Part shown: one piece after another, positions 11,831-23,282 of the stretch
How the letters are laid out: every line of letters starts with the position of its first letter
Numbering within the stretch: position 1 is the stretch's first letter
NCBI RefSeq assembly: GCF_001194135.2
Contig: NC_068993.1
Coordinates: 24,578,376-24,623,538 of the forward strand
Origin: Octopus bimaculoides
Taxonomy: Eukaryota
Reading direction: 5' to 3'
DNA length: 45,163 nt
Translations under genes and position numbers: made by a program
Notes under the pieces: generated by a model
What the model was told of the DNA's origin: nothing
Database searches by the model: none
The model's input: only the letters and a program-made list of their open reading frames with translations

Positions 11831-14800
11831 CTGTTGATCCTGTTTCTTGTCATTGATGCGTTTGTCTATGTTTTGCATTGTTTATGTTTTCTGTTTTCAG
11901 AGTTCGTAGGATTATCTTTTTTCTAGAAGATTCTCGAGTCTCTTAGAGTTGTTCAACGGTTTAGATGTAAAAACTACAATGAAATACTACATAAAAGCTA
12001 GAGGAAGCGGGAAAAGAAGAACCGTGTAGAATAGGGAGAGAGAAAACAAAGGGTTCCAGTGATGAAAAAGAAAGAAAGAAAGAAAGAAAGAAAGAAAAAG
12101 AAGAATAGGAACAACAACATCAACAATAAGCAAAGGTAGAGTTGTTGGTAGAAGCCCATTCGCCAGTAAAATATAAACTTAAAAGAGTGCATGAACTAGG
12201 ATTTAATAAGTAGATAGAAAATAAGAACAAGTGGCTGGAGAAAAAAAGAATAAATAAGAACAAATAAAAAAAAATAAAAACAAAGAACTATAAAGAGCAA
12301 TAAATTTAAGAAGAAATATTAAGACAAACAGAGAAGACAAGAGGAATGATAACAGAAAAAGACATAGAGAAAGAGAGATTGGAATGTCAATATGAAAGTA
12401 AAATGTTTAAGAGAAGTACAAGATTGGTTAGATTGCAATATTGAGATTGATGAGGAAGTTCTTGTTCAGGGTATCGTCATCTTTACAACTAGTATGCAAG
12501 ATTTTCAACCCCAAGTAGTGTAGAAGCTGCATGAAAAGAAGTTGACACGAATTTTTTGGTTTAAGTGGGATAAAATTATCTACACGGAGTGTAGGGGGAT
12601 AGAAAACTCTGAAACTCAAAAACTGATTTTCTGTAGTTACATTTACGTGCAAATATGCAACAAAGTAATATATTTCAGAAGGGAAATGAAATGTGTGCTG
12701 TTTAAACTTTGTTTTGTTGGGCAATGTCGACGTAAAGTGAAATAGCCTCAACCGGAAAGTATAACAGGTCAATGTTTCAGTTCACCACTTTTTCTACTAT
12801 TTACGCAATAAGAAAATATAACCAACAGAAACGTTAACATCAAAGCTCGTTCTATTAGAAATAACAGGTAAATCGTTTCCCAAGTCACACCCTACCATCT
12901 CAAAAAGGACCAGATAATTAAATCCTTGAAACAATAAGCTTAAAAGTAAGAGTACAGTTATGATAAGAATGCCTCTGATCATAATAAGTCTTCTCTATTA
13001 CTGCCGATATCCTAAAACTAATAATAAATAAGATATTAACATTTAACATTGGCACAATTCCAAAAATTCGTAAGGAATGAGATTTAGCCGATTGGATTGA
13101 CTCTAGAATATTAATGCAATTTGCTTTATCGATCTCATTTAGGGGAACTAGAATACCGAATTTGGCAAGATTTGAAATCCCAACAGTGAGGAATTAAATT
13201 ATATTTTATAAAGTATTTTATGCAGTACTCCACCGTTTCTATCTATTTACTATCCTAAGAGATTAATTAAATATTTATTGAAAACCTGTCACAACAGTAC
13301 AAAGACTATTTAAAGTGATTAATGTAAATTTATACAAAGTAAAATCTTTTAACAGTAATCATCATTTTCAGAAGAAACAACATATTATAAATACAGCTAA
13401 AACTAAAAGTTGAGGGGTTTTTTTTATATCCAACATCTTTATGCAAATTCATCTGAATTGCAAATACAAACTTCAAAATGTATACTCAAAAACTAGTTGC
13501 TCGTTTTCAACTTTTTTCTCATTACGTGATCCATCTTTGCGAGAGATCAAACAATCACAGCAGTTAAATATTGCTTTATATAGTCACTGACAGTTTATTG
13601 AAAACTTAATGGTAATAATTTTATTTTTATGTAGTTATTCTGATTTCATTCATTAATTCCGAATCTTGAGGCATTGAGACCATTGGTTTATGCAGAAAGT
13701 GGAGTAAAGGTTAATGTCAGTATTGATTTCATTGACTGACAAAGGGATTTCGAATTGTTTTGTCCCTAATTAATTATCTATTCGTAGACTGAATGATAGA
13801 CATACTCGTATTGAAGCATATTTCTGGGTTTACATTGAGATAATCGTGACATACGTAGTTATAAGTTCGAGATTGGAACTATTCTTATATCTGAATGAAT
13901 TTATACAACTCCTCGCCCTTTCACTTTTCACGAAAAACTCTGATTCAATTAATTAGCCCTTTTTATTAATTACCTCTCGTAATTTATTGAAACGTCGTTA
14001 TGGCTGTGAAAAAAAATATTGATTTAAACAACGTGTTGCCATTTTAATAAAAAAAAGTACAAATAATATGAGGATCACATTGAGGAAAACGATGTTGAAG
14101 ATCAAAAAATTTACTATTATCATTATTATTACTGTTAATGATATTCTTATTATTATTATTTACTTTAAAATGCTTTCTAGTTGAAAAGCAAACATTATAC
14201 TGTTATGCTAATAAATCTGGGAAATGAAATTTAGATTTGAAAACCTTATGTTGTTGCAACATAGCAACTTAAAAGCGTTTGGAAATTAAAAATATTCCGT
14301 GAAAAAAAAACTGATATTGCATATGGCCGCTGAATACTTATCAGGTTTGAATATGATAAAATGGACAAGAACAGGTCAAGAGTGAGCTGCTAGTGGTGGT
14401 GGTGGTGGATTTGGTTTTGGTGGTCGTGATGGTTGAGGAAGGCGGTTAAAATTATACAATAACTTAGATAAAAGGGACTCTGAACGAAAACATGATATGA
14501 TTACTTTGAACGGCAAAATCTAAGAATCAAACTTGCTGGAAATTTGATTTTCTTTCTAATTTTCTTCAAATATGAATAATTGCAGTTGATTTCTATTGCT
14601 TGTTAAATTTAGATATCAATTTCCAATCCATATACTTTACGTCACTTCCGTACTTCTAATATATTTAAAATTCAGTAGAGTGTGTCACGTTCATTATTTT
14701 GCAAATGGATGTACAATGTCCTTACAAAATTAAATAATTTACGCTTAACTCTTGACTCAGTATCAGTATAAAATAAATGTTGTTTTAATTTATTCGAAAC

Positions 14801-15119
14801 TATTGATGCGAAAATGAATATAGTCATAGAATCAAAGCCTTTCTGTTGGTTAGTGGGAAGTTCTAAAGTTCATTATATAAAAAATGCCCAAGGGACCAAT
14901 TTTCTTGTTGATTACAATTGCTTCGTAAATTAAACGGGTTAGAGTTAAATTTACCGACAGAGAAGACTAGTATATTAAAGAAGACTGCAGTATATTAAAA
15001 AAAACATTCTCTTCACACATAGTAACCATTTCAAGATAAAGAAATGATGAAATACATCTAGTGAATTTGAAACCAAAATACATGAGCTACTAAACACTAT
15101 ATACTCCAGTCAGTCACAC

Positions 15120-15283
15120 TGATTTCAAATTTTGACACAAGACCAGTAATTTCGGAGGAAGGAGTAAAATAATTACATAGACTCCAGTGTTCAACTGTTA
15201 CTCGTTTTATCGACCCAGAAAAGATGAAAGACCAATTAGACCTTGGCGGAATTTGAACTGAGAACGTAAAGATGGACAAAATC
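15120..15283 (-). mobile_element. SINE family 2 copy (5'-truncated)
   Basis: ttttatcgacccagaaaagatgaaagaccaattagaccttggcggaatttgaactgagaacgtaaag matches the family 2 body. Confidence 0.8.
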
Positions 15284-15779
15284 CAGTCAGTCATATTAAC
15301 AAAAGTTCTATTATATCGTTTGTGTTTATTTTTATATTAATTGTTAATGACAATACTTATTGATATTACTTTTGGTTGAGGCATTGACAAAAAGTATGAC
15401 TAGCTAACTAAAGTGTACATGGTGTCATACACGCAGTTTCAGGTGTCAATGTGAATTCTTTGTGATGATATTCGTAACCATAGATTCTACTCTGTATAGA
15501 ATAACTTCTCCGTTATCAGAACCTAAAGATGTGAAAGTCAATAACACAGGCATTCTTTTTCTTTCAACCACTCCCTTGAAGATTTATTGATTTATGAAAA
15601 CTATTTTACATTTAAACAATGTAGACTGTACTAATTTTCAATAATTATATATAATATTTAGCCGACGGACGCAATATATGCAAAGACGTGTGACAGGCAA
15701 GCAGAGTTCCAAGAAAGGTTTCTAACTGCCCTGTATGTCAGCTCCCTTCATTTCCATCTCTAATAGGGAAAGATACGCA

Positions 15780-15821
<42 letters not shown>

Positions 15822-16251
15822 NNNNNNNNNNNNNNNNNNNNNNNNNNNNNNNNNNNNNNNNNNNNNNNNNNNNNNNNNNNNNNNNNNNNNNNNNNNNNNN
15901 NNNNNNNNNNNNNNNNNNNNNNNNNNNNNNNNNNNNNNNNNNNNNNNNNNNNNNNNNNNNNNNNNNNNNNNNNNNNNNNNNNNNNNNNNNNNNNNNNNNN
16001 NNNNNNNNNNNNNNNNNNNNNNNNNNNNNNNNNNNNNNNNNNNNNNNNNNNNNNNNNNNNNNNNNNNNNNNNNATATATATATATATATAAAGTTAGCAG
16101 ACTAAGGGATAAAATATCTGTATTTACTACTGGTATCAGTTGCCTGTGTTATCACTGGTCGTGGGCATGGGTATGCAGGTACACTATGTTCGTAGGGTAC
16201 AGGTAACAACGGAATAAACAAAAGAATATCAGGAATCAAATTTAAATAATC

Positions 16252-17208
16252 AGAAAATGGAGAAAACTTTAGATCAACACGCAAATCAATTGGACCACCT
16301 CTGTAGATTATTTTTTAATAAAAAAACATTACATAACATTTATGTAACACAACAATTCTTACGGCCGTTTCCGCTTCAAATGCCAGTCAGTGCCTACGAA
16401 AGAATTGCGAAAATAATATTCTTCAACTTCATAAGTTATTCTAACTGGAACATGGAAATTCATCAGAGTGAATACAAAAGCGTTCAAAAATTAAATAAAA
16501 GGAAGAAGGAATAGGAAAGAAAACATGACCTGGAGAAGAGGTCTGGAGGGCTAAAATATATTAAAATCATAGCATCTTCACTCATAGGGCTTCAAAGTCA
16601 TCAGTTGGTAAAAGAATAATCTAGCAATGGTCTAGGGAAACAAATTTTCAGGTTATTTCCATATAGAGGGGGAACCAAGATGTTTTAAAAGTTGTGAAAA
16701 GAAGTTACCAAAAAAAGTACAAGAAAATTACTAACATATCTAGAAAGAGAGCAATACTTATAACATAGGTATTGCTCTCATTCTAGACATATTAGTAATT
16801 TTCTGACATTTTTTTTTCTTAGTTTCTTTTCACAACTTTTAAAACATCTTGATTCCTCCTTTATATGGAAATAACCAGAATTTTTTTTTCCTTAGACCAT
16901 TGCTAGATCACTCTTTTACCTACTGTCTTCGAAGCCCTATGCTTGAAGATGGTATGATTTTGATATATTAGGCCACCAGGCTTCTTCTCCAGGTCATGCT
17001 TTTTTTCCTATTCCCTCTTCCTTATGTTTAATTTTTGAACGCTTTTGTATTCACTCTGATGAAGCTCTATGTTCTTGCTCGAATATCCTGTGAAGGTGAA
17101 GAATATTATTTTCGTAATTCCTTCGTATGCCATGTTTTGTATTAAAAGATAATCTACAGATGTGGTTCAATTGATCCGTGCGTTGATCTAATGTTTTCTC
17201 CATTTTCT
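16252..17208. repeat. Giant imperfect palindrome (arms about 510 and >=444 bp, 3-nt spacer at 16762-16764); right arm runs into a gap
   Basis: Centre GAGAGCAATACTTAT-aac-ATAGGTATTGCTCTC. Arms align end to end (agaaaatggagaaaac at 16252 vs gttttctccattttct at 17208), roughly 80-85% identical by eye. Confidence 0.93.
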
Positions 17209-18055
17209 NNNNNNNNNNNNNNNNNNNNNNNNNNNNNNNNNNNNNNNNNNNNNNNNNNNNNNNNNNNNNNNNNNNNNNNNNNNNNNNNNNNNNNNNNNNN
17301 NNNNNNNNNNNNNNNNNNNNNNNNNNNNNNNNNNNNNNNNNNNNNNNNNNNNNNNNNNNNNNNNNNNNNNNNNNNNNNNNNNNNNNNNNNNNNNNNNNNN
17401 NNNNNNNNNNNNNNNNNNNNNNNNNNNNNNNNNNNNNNNNNNNNNNNNNNNNNNNNNNNNNNNNNNNNNNNNNNNNNNNNNNNNNNNNNNNNNNNNNNNN
17501 NNNNNNNNNNNNNNNNNNNNNNNNNNNNNNNNNNNNNNNNNNNNNNNNNNNNNNNNNNNNNNNNNNNNNNNNNNNNNNNNNNNNNNNNNNNNNNNNNNNN
17601 NNNNNNNNNNNNNNNNNNNNNNNNNNNNNNNNNNNNNNNNNNNNNNNNNNNNNNNNNNNNNNNNNNNNNNNNNNNNNNNNNNNNNNNNNNNNNNNNNNNN
17701 NNNNNNNNNNNNNNNNNNNNNNNNNNNNNNNNNNNNNNNNNNNNNNNNNNNNNNNNNNNNNNNNNNNNNNNNNNNNNNNNNNNNNNNNNNNNNNNNNNNN
17801 NNNNNNNNNNNNNNNNNNNNNNNNNNNNNNNNNNNNNNNNNNNNNNNNNNNNNNNNNNNNNNNNNNNNNNNNNNNNNNNNNNNNNNNNNNNNNNNNNNNN
17901 NNNNNNNNNNNNNNNNNNNNNNNNNNNNNNNNNNNNNNNNNNNNNNNNNNNNNNNNNNNNNNNNNNNNNNNNNNNNNNNNNNNNNNNNNNNNNNNNNNNN
18001 NNNNNNNNNNNNNNNNNNNNNNNNNNNNNNNNNNNNNNNNNNNNNNNNNNNNNTA

Positions 18056-18056
18056 A

Positions 18057-18087
<31 letters not shown>

Positions 18088-18157
18088 GACAGAGAGAGAG
18101 AGTGAGACAGAGAGTGAGAGAGAGAGTGAGAGAGAGAGGAGAGTGAGAGTGGGAGGC

Positions 18158-18217
<60 letters not shown>
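18056..18217. repeat. (AG)n/(AGTG)n/(AGAT)n microsatellite upstream of the putative promoter
   Basis: Direct reading. Confidence 0.95.
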
Positions 18218-18329
18218 GTTACGCTTCAGCATCAAATGGAGTCTTGTCTACAGTTGTGTGTTACGGCCTTTTGAGAGTGTGGCGAGGCCCAGAATCGAAG
18301 TCGTACACGTTCGATAACTAGGCACAGTC

Positions 18330-18466
18330 TACACTTGAGTCAGACGACGTGCTCTGGCTGCCGACCAATCAGCTTGCAAAAATATCATTCTACATCAGAG
18401 AATGTTCTACGACGTCTCCGCGCTTTTGTAGTTATATAAGTACAACGCGGGTAAACAAATCAGTGA
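18330..18466 (+). promoter_or_regulatory. Putative RNA Pol II promoter, predicted TSS at A18462
   Basis: Locally CpG-rich. TGAGTCA (AP-1) 18336-18342; GACCAATCAG (NF-Y CCAAT) 18363-18372; TATATAAG 18433-18440, starting 29 nt before +1; GTAAACAA (Fox site) 18451-18458; initiator TCAGTG 18460-18465. Confidence 0.7.
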
Positions 18467-18676
18467 GCGACGCACTTCGAAAGCACAAGCAAGAAGCCCC
18501 TATTTCGACAAGTTTTCCTTGACTGAAGTTCAACCCCGATTAAAAAGGAATTCTTCACGTAGAAAGGACAATCATCATTCCCGCCTCTCACGCAAAGCTA
18601 ATCCCTTTTGTTTGTAGTTTAATTACAACTACGTTCGTTTCTAGTACACTAAATCATACTACTTGCAAACTGTGGT
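18462..18676 (+). other. Putative non-coding first exon (5' UTR) of an unidentified gene
   Basis: Runs from the predicted TSS to a consensus donor GT|GTGAGT at 18677-18682. No ATG found in the 215 nt. Confidence 0.55.
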
Positions 18677-19208
18677 GTGAGTATTGTAATTTACTTCCAT
18701 ATAATAAACATTATGTCAACAATGTTCATAATTGGTTTATTATGGAACTACAGACAGTTAATCTTAATATCATCCAACAAATACCCATTAACCAACGGGA
18801 GAAAAGATCTTCATTCAAAGTCGAAGAATATGTATTGCATTTGCACTACTTCCCTCTTTGTGGATGGCATCCATGTTACAAATTTCAAATTCCCTTATCT
18901 CTTTTTGCAATAAAAAGACATATTCATACAAAGGGAATGCATAGAAGCTGAAATAACCGCCTTTACAGCATGACATATTATTTCAAATAGAATTAATTCG
19001 CTAATGTTTTTAGAAGGGCAAGTGTGCCATAAAATCTCATCTTTTTCACTTAACCATGTAACACCTTATTTTGTATGAGAAATCAATATTCTCCAATACT
19101 CTTGTTAGATATTAACCAAAATAGTACTTTATGTTAAAGTGAATTCGAAAGTTACATAATTCTTCCGTAGCTTTGTGCTACTATTAACTCAAGAAAGCTA
19201 CTGCAGCA

Positions 19209-19277
<69 letters not shown>

Positions 19278-20412
19278 TGTACACGCATATATATACGTTT
19301 ATGTATGCATTATGTGTGTACATGCATGTATATGTGCGTATGTGTGTCTGAATGTATGTGAGATTAAAAGTTTCTACCAATGCCTACACCGTATAGAGAA
19401 GAGATTGATGCCATAACTTGGAAGGCACAAATCCTTTGAGAGAACAAAAATAAAGTCGATGGTTACATACAAATGTTATTGCATGAAAAAATATCTCATG
19501 CAACATGAGATTTCTCTTTTTTATGATTATGCACATCCTAGAATATGGTAATACTGCTTATTTCGATGGGTTTTGTGGGTTTTTACTTCATACTTTTGTT
19601 TTCGGCTTCGCTTTGTTACAAACGATGGAAGCTTTAGAGGATACTTTTGAATCCTCAACCTCTCAAAAAGAGTTGAGAAGATATTTTTGGAATGGTCAAA
19701 AGAATAAGGATTTCTAAAGTCTTGTATTTATTATCAGAGGAATGTTTTACAAAACGTAAAGTGTATGTCAATGTTTCGATTTGATTAATTTTTCCTTCTC
19801 CATTCACCAACGAAAAATTGTGAAACTGACTGAAAAGCTGCTGTCAAACTTGGTTGTCACCTACTTGCAGAAACAGAGAAAAGCATGTGTCAACTGTCAA
19901 AAGGAATTGAATAAATAAAAATATCCCGCGCTAGTAACATGGAAACAACTGCAACAAAATTAAAAAGTATTTCCTAAGCATCATGAAGCTGAAAATTTCC
20001 AAGACAAACAGATATGTAAATCAACAATATCTATAGCGTACTTAGCAGAATGGAGGAGAAAACTATTTATTACTTGTCAGAATAAAATTTCTGATTCCAT
20101 TGAGAGCTCTGGTCAAGAAGTATCTAAATATTTATTCCGCATTAACATTGCTAGTTATTTCGTTGTAGTTTAGTCTTTCTAAAGGATAACTACAAAACCG
20201 AAAGTGTATTATTTATTATCTTGACTACTGAGTTAGCAGAATTGATATATCGCATCATACGATGAGAAAGAAATTCATTAAAAACAGCATAACAAACTTC
20301 TAAAAGAATGCTTCCATTTTCTAAAATGGAAAATTTTTGATAAACTAGTAAAACACAGTTCTCACATGTTTTCATACGCATACGTATACACAGACAGACA
20401 GACACAAACACA

Positions 20413-20453
<41 letters not shown>

Positions 20454-20814
20454 AGACACACATATAAATCTATGTCTGTATCTATGCCTAAGTATATATT
20501 ATGCGGGCTAATTACAATACCAAATATCGAGACAGATACTAAATTTTAAGTTATTATCATGCAAAATATTGCAGCTTTTAGATGTCTCGATTTCCAGCCG
20601 ATGGATCAACAGGTATAAGAAGTTTAAGGAAAAGTTAGTAAATATAAATGATACAGAAGGAGATATATAGTTTAAAAGGATATATATGTGTTTGTGTGTT
20701 TATGTATATAAATCGAATATAAAAGAAAAAATAAGGCCAAAACATCAAAAGGATGTACATAGTGTATGTATTAGGTTAATGCTCAGTTTAAGCTGAAGAC
20801 AAAGTGAGGTTGAC

Positions 20815-20838
20815 GTTTCGAGAATTAATTTTCATCAG
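20815..20838 (-). ncRNA. Degenerate minimal hammerhead ribozyme core (Penelope-like element type)
   Basis: Minus strand reads CTGATGA-aaattaattctc-GAAAC-GTC: complete catalytic core, palindromic ACGT stem III and a GUC cleavage triplet. Stems I and II pair poorly. Confidence 0.4.
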
Positions 20839-21072
20839 AGAGAAGAAACAGGAGAAGTCTGAAGAGAAGGTAAAAGTGGCCAGAGAAGAGCGTGTGCGTG
20901 GTTTACATGGCTTAAGTGACCGGAAGTGGTCATATATATATTCTTTATGTTTGTTTACGGGAAGCTCTTACTTTATTATGTTGGCTACAGCCTAATGATA
21001 CTAACTAGCAATAGCAGTTGTATGGAGTTGTATCGAGTTGTACCTACATATTGGAAGATAAATATAGTAGTA

Positions 21073-21104
<32 letters not shown>

Positions 21105-21125
<21 letters not shown>

Positions 21126-21474
21126 TCATGGATGAAATAAATATTCTAATGAATCGCTACGTACGTTTCCACATATCACGTGTTTCTTACGATCATAGTC
21201 AGTATTCTCAGGATGATTACAGTACAGTCAGTAGTATTCATGGATATCGGGTGGATCCTATTCATGTGTTCATTTCCTCATGCTTCCAGTGTTAATGCCA
21301 TATTGCCTGAGGAAATGAACATATGAATATGATCCACCCGATATTCATGGCTACTACAGACTGTACTGTAATCGTCCCAGGAGTATGATCGTAAGAAAAA
21401 TGTCATGTGTGGGAACGCACGTAAGGATGCATTAAAGTATTTATAAATCCTATCCATGAACTATTGTTATTATT
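21105..21474. repeat. Long fold-back inverted repeat (arms about 170 bp, spacer about 28 nt)
   Basis: aataattcatggat...tttcttacgatcata...gatatcgggtggatcctattcatgtgttcatttcctca pairs with tgaggaaatgaacatatgaatatgatccacccgatattc...tatgatcgtaagaaa...atccatgaactatt. Confidence 0.9.
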
Positions 21475-21699
21475 GCTCCACAGACCGTACTACCTGGAGG
21501 AGTATGGTCAAAACTGGTACGCAGCATTTTGAGGATGAGCGGACTAGACTTCGCGAAGAAAAACGGAGACAGCTCAAGGAACGTCAGCAACATCCTTGAC
21601 GAGCTCATCTTCGTCGGAGCCCTCTTCGCTGCTCTCAGTGTAATCGGACTTGTACCTTCAGAATCGGCTTTTTCAGCCACGAGAGGGCCTGCCAACGCC
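21475..21699 (+). mobile_element. 5'-truncated RTE-clade LINE, ORF2 C-terminus with zinc-knuckle-like motif
   Basis: Plus frame reads STDRTTWRSMVKTGTQHFEDERTRLREEKRRQLKERQQHP*...CSQCNRTCTFRIGFFSHERAC, the RTE C-terminal DRxxWR...CxxCxRxCxSRIGLxSHxRxC pattern. Ends at a gap. Confidence 0.85.
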
Positions 21700-22795
21700 N
21701 NNNNNNNNNATATACGAAGAACACCATTTCTTTTAAAACACAACTAAGTTCTAATTTAACTTTTTTAATTAAAGCTCTTTTTTATTTCATATCTAAGTGT
21801 GATACCCTTATAGTATGTTTGCAACCTTAAGTTACTAAATTCATTTTCATCTACGCTTACAATCTATCTCAGCCTCATTTTCATGTAAACATATTTTCTA
21901 TTGAAAGCACGTCTTTGTTAAACATAATATAGAAATATATAGCACGTGTTAAGAGTATATTCAAAAGGCCGGAAAGTGAAACTTGTGTATCAGAGTTCTA
22001 CAATTCACTTGAGATCGATATATTGTACTTTACTTTGACAGCCACTTTCTTTCGAATTCTTTTTCAAAATAGAAACGATGTACACACACAGAAGCACGCG
22101 CGCGCGCACGCAAAGGTACATGGACTGTATTTACAGCGGAAGTACCGGATAATCGATGAAATTTTTGTAATCCTGTGGTTATGAGTTCAGTTTCTCCCAT
22201 GGAATATACTTTCTCGTCTTATCTAAATAATTTGGCTACATTGTCAGAATGCCCACAGTCTTATCACAATGCGCTGAGGATATAAATTTAGTATGAAATA
22301 CTTTTATACTGTTAACTGCATATAAAATCTATGAAACTGTAATAGTTACAACCAGTACATGAGTTCTAAACGATGAGACTGACCCCCAACATCGTGTAAT
22401 AGTAGATATTTTGATATTGTCGCCTACATGTATTGCGATATAAAATTGACTGAAATAGTATTTTATTTTATATCATTTGGTTTATTTCACTCTTCGAATG
22501 AAATGTTTTTACCAAATATGTCAGGGAAATTAAGATAAAAACTGCCGAAACTAGACTAATATAAGCTGATAATAGCTACTGTTCTTTCAGCCATTCGCTC
22601 TGCTACAAATCAAACTTACATTTGTAATATTGCTGTAAGGAGATGAATGCAAATCACTTCCGTTTTTGTGTGCAATGAGAAAAACGGCCAACTTAGCAGC
22701 CTGCCCATTGTTAGTATACGTTATTTTAAGAAATCTCGATCATTCAGTACTTACTGTGTAACTTTGCATTTTATATATATATTTGTGTTAAGTAA

Positions 22796-23010
22796 AAGGC
22801 AGCGAGCTAGCAGAAACGTTAACGTGCCGGAATTAATGCTTAGTAGCATTTCGTCCGTCTTTACGTTCTAAGTTCAAATTCCGCCAAAGCTGACTTTGCC
22901 TTTCAGCCTTCCGGAGATGGTAAAATAAGTACCAGCCGAAGACTGGAGTCGATGTAATCGACTTGTTACCTCTACCAAAATTTCAGGACTAATGCCTATA
23001 GTAGAAAGCA
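22796..23010 (+). mobile_element. Full-length SINE family 2 copy
   Basis: Head aaggcagcgagctagcagaaacgttaac, B-box-like GTTCAAATTCC, central gcctttcagccttccggagatggtaaaataagtaccag, tail cctatagtagaaag. Confidence 0.85.
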
Positions 23011-23072
23011 TGCTTGCCTTAAGCTAGGTTGTTTGTATGATATAAACATCCTGTTAAAGCACCCATGATGAT

Positions 23073-23157
<85 letters not shown>

Positions 23158-23158
23158 T
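23073..23158. repeat. (ATAG)n(ACAG)n microsatellite
   Basis: Direct reading. Confidence 0.95.
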
Positions 23159-23282
23159 ATGCATGTGTGTGTTGACTGACAGAGAGACGGCTAGATACGC
23201 GGAGACATAGCGCAGTTATGACTTTATGTACATACATTTACATGTATATGCATATAAGTATACATACATACATACACAGATA

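Noticed and set aside
12428-12772. 114-aa minus-strand ORF
   Set aside because: No recognisable motif; composition is typical of a chance AT-rich ORF.
17055-17085. CTGATGA...GAAT hammerhead-like motif in the big palindrome
   Set aside because: GAAA is replaced by GAAT and there is no stem III or cleavage triplet.
18399-18413. Heat-shock element, suggesting an hsp gene
   Set aside because: Only two in-phase nGAAn units; a canonical HSE needs three, so no gene identity is assigned.
21158-21423. TA-flanked MITE boundaries for the 21-kb fold-back
   Set aside because: The inverted symmetry continues about 50 bp beyond these TA sites on both sides.
21450-21747. ORFs 21529-21747 (+, hydrophobic, faintly SecY-like) and 21450-21743 (-)
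   Set aside because: The third plus frame gives a clear RTE LINE C-terminus, so these are shadow frames.
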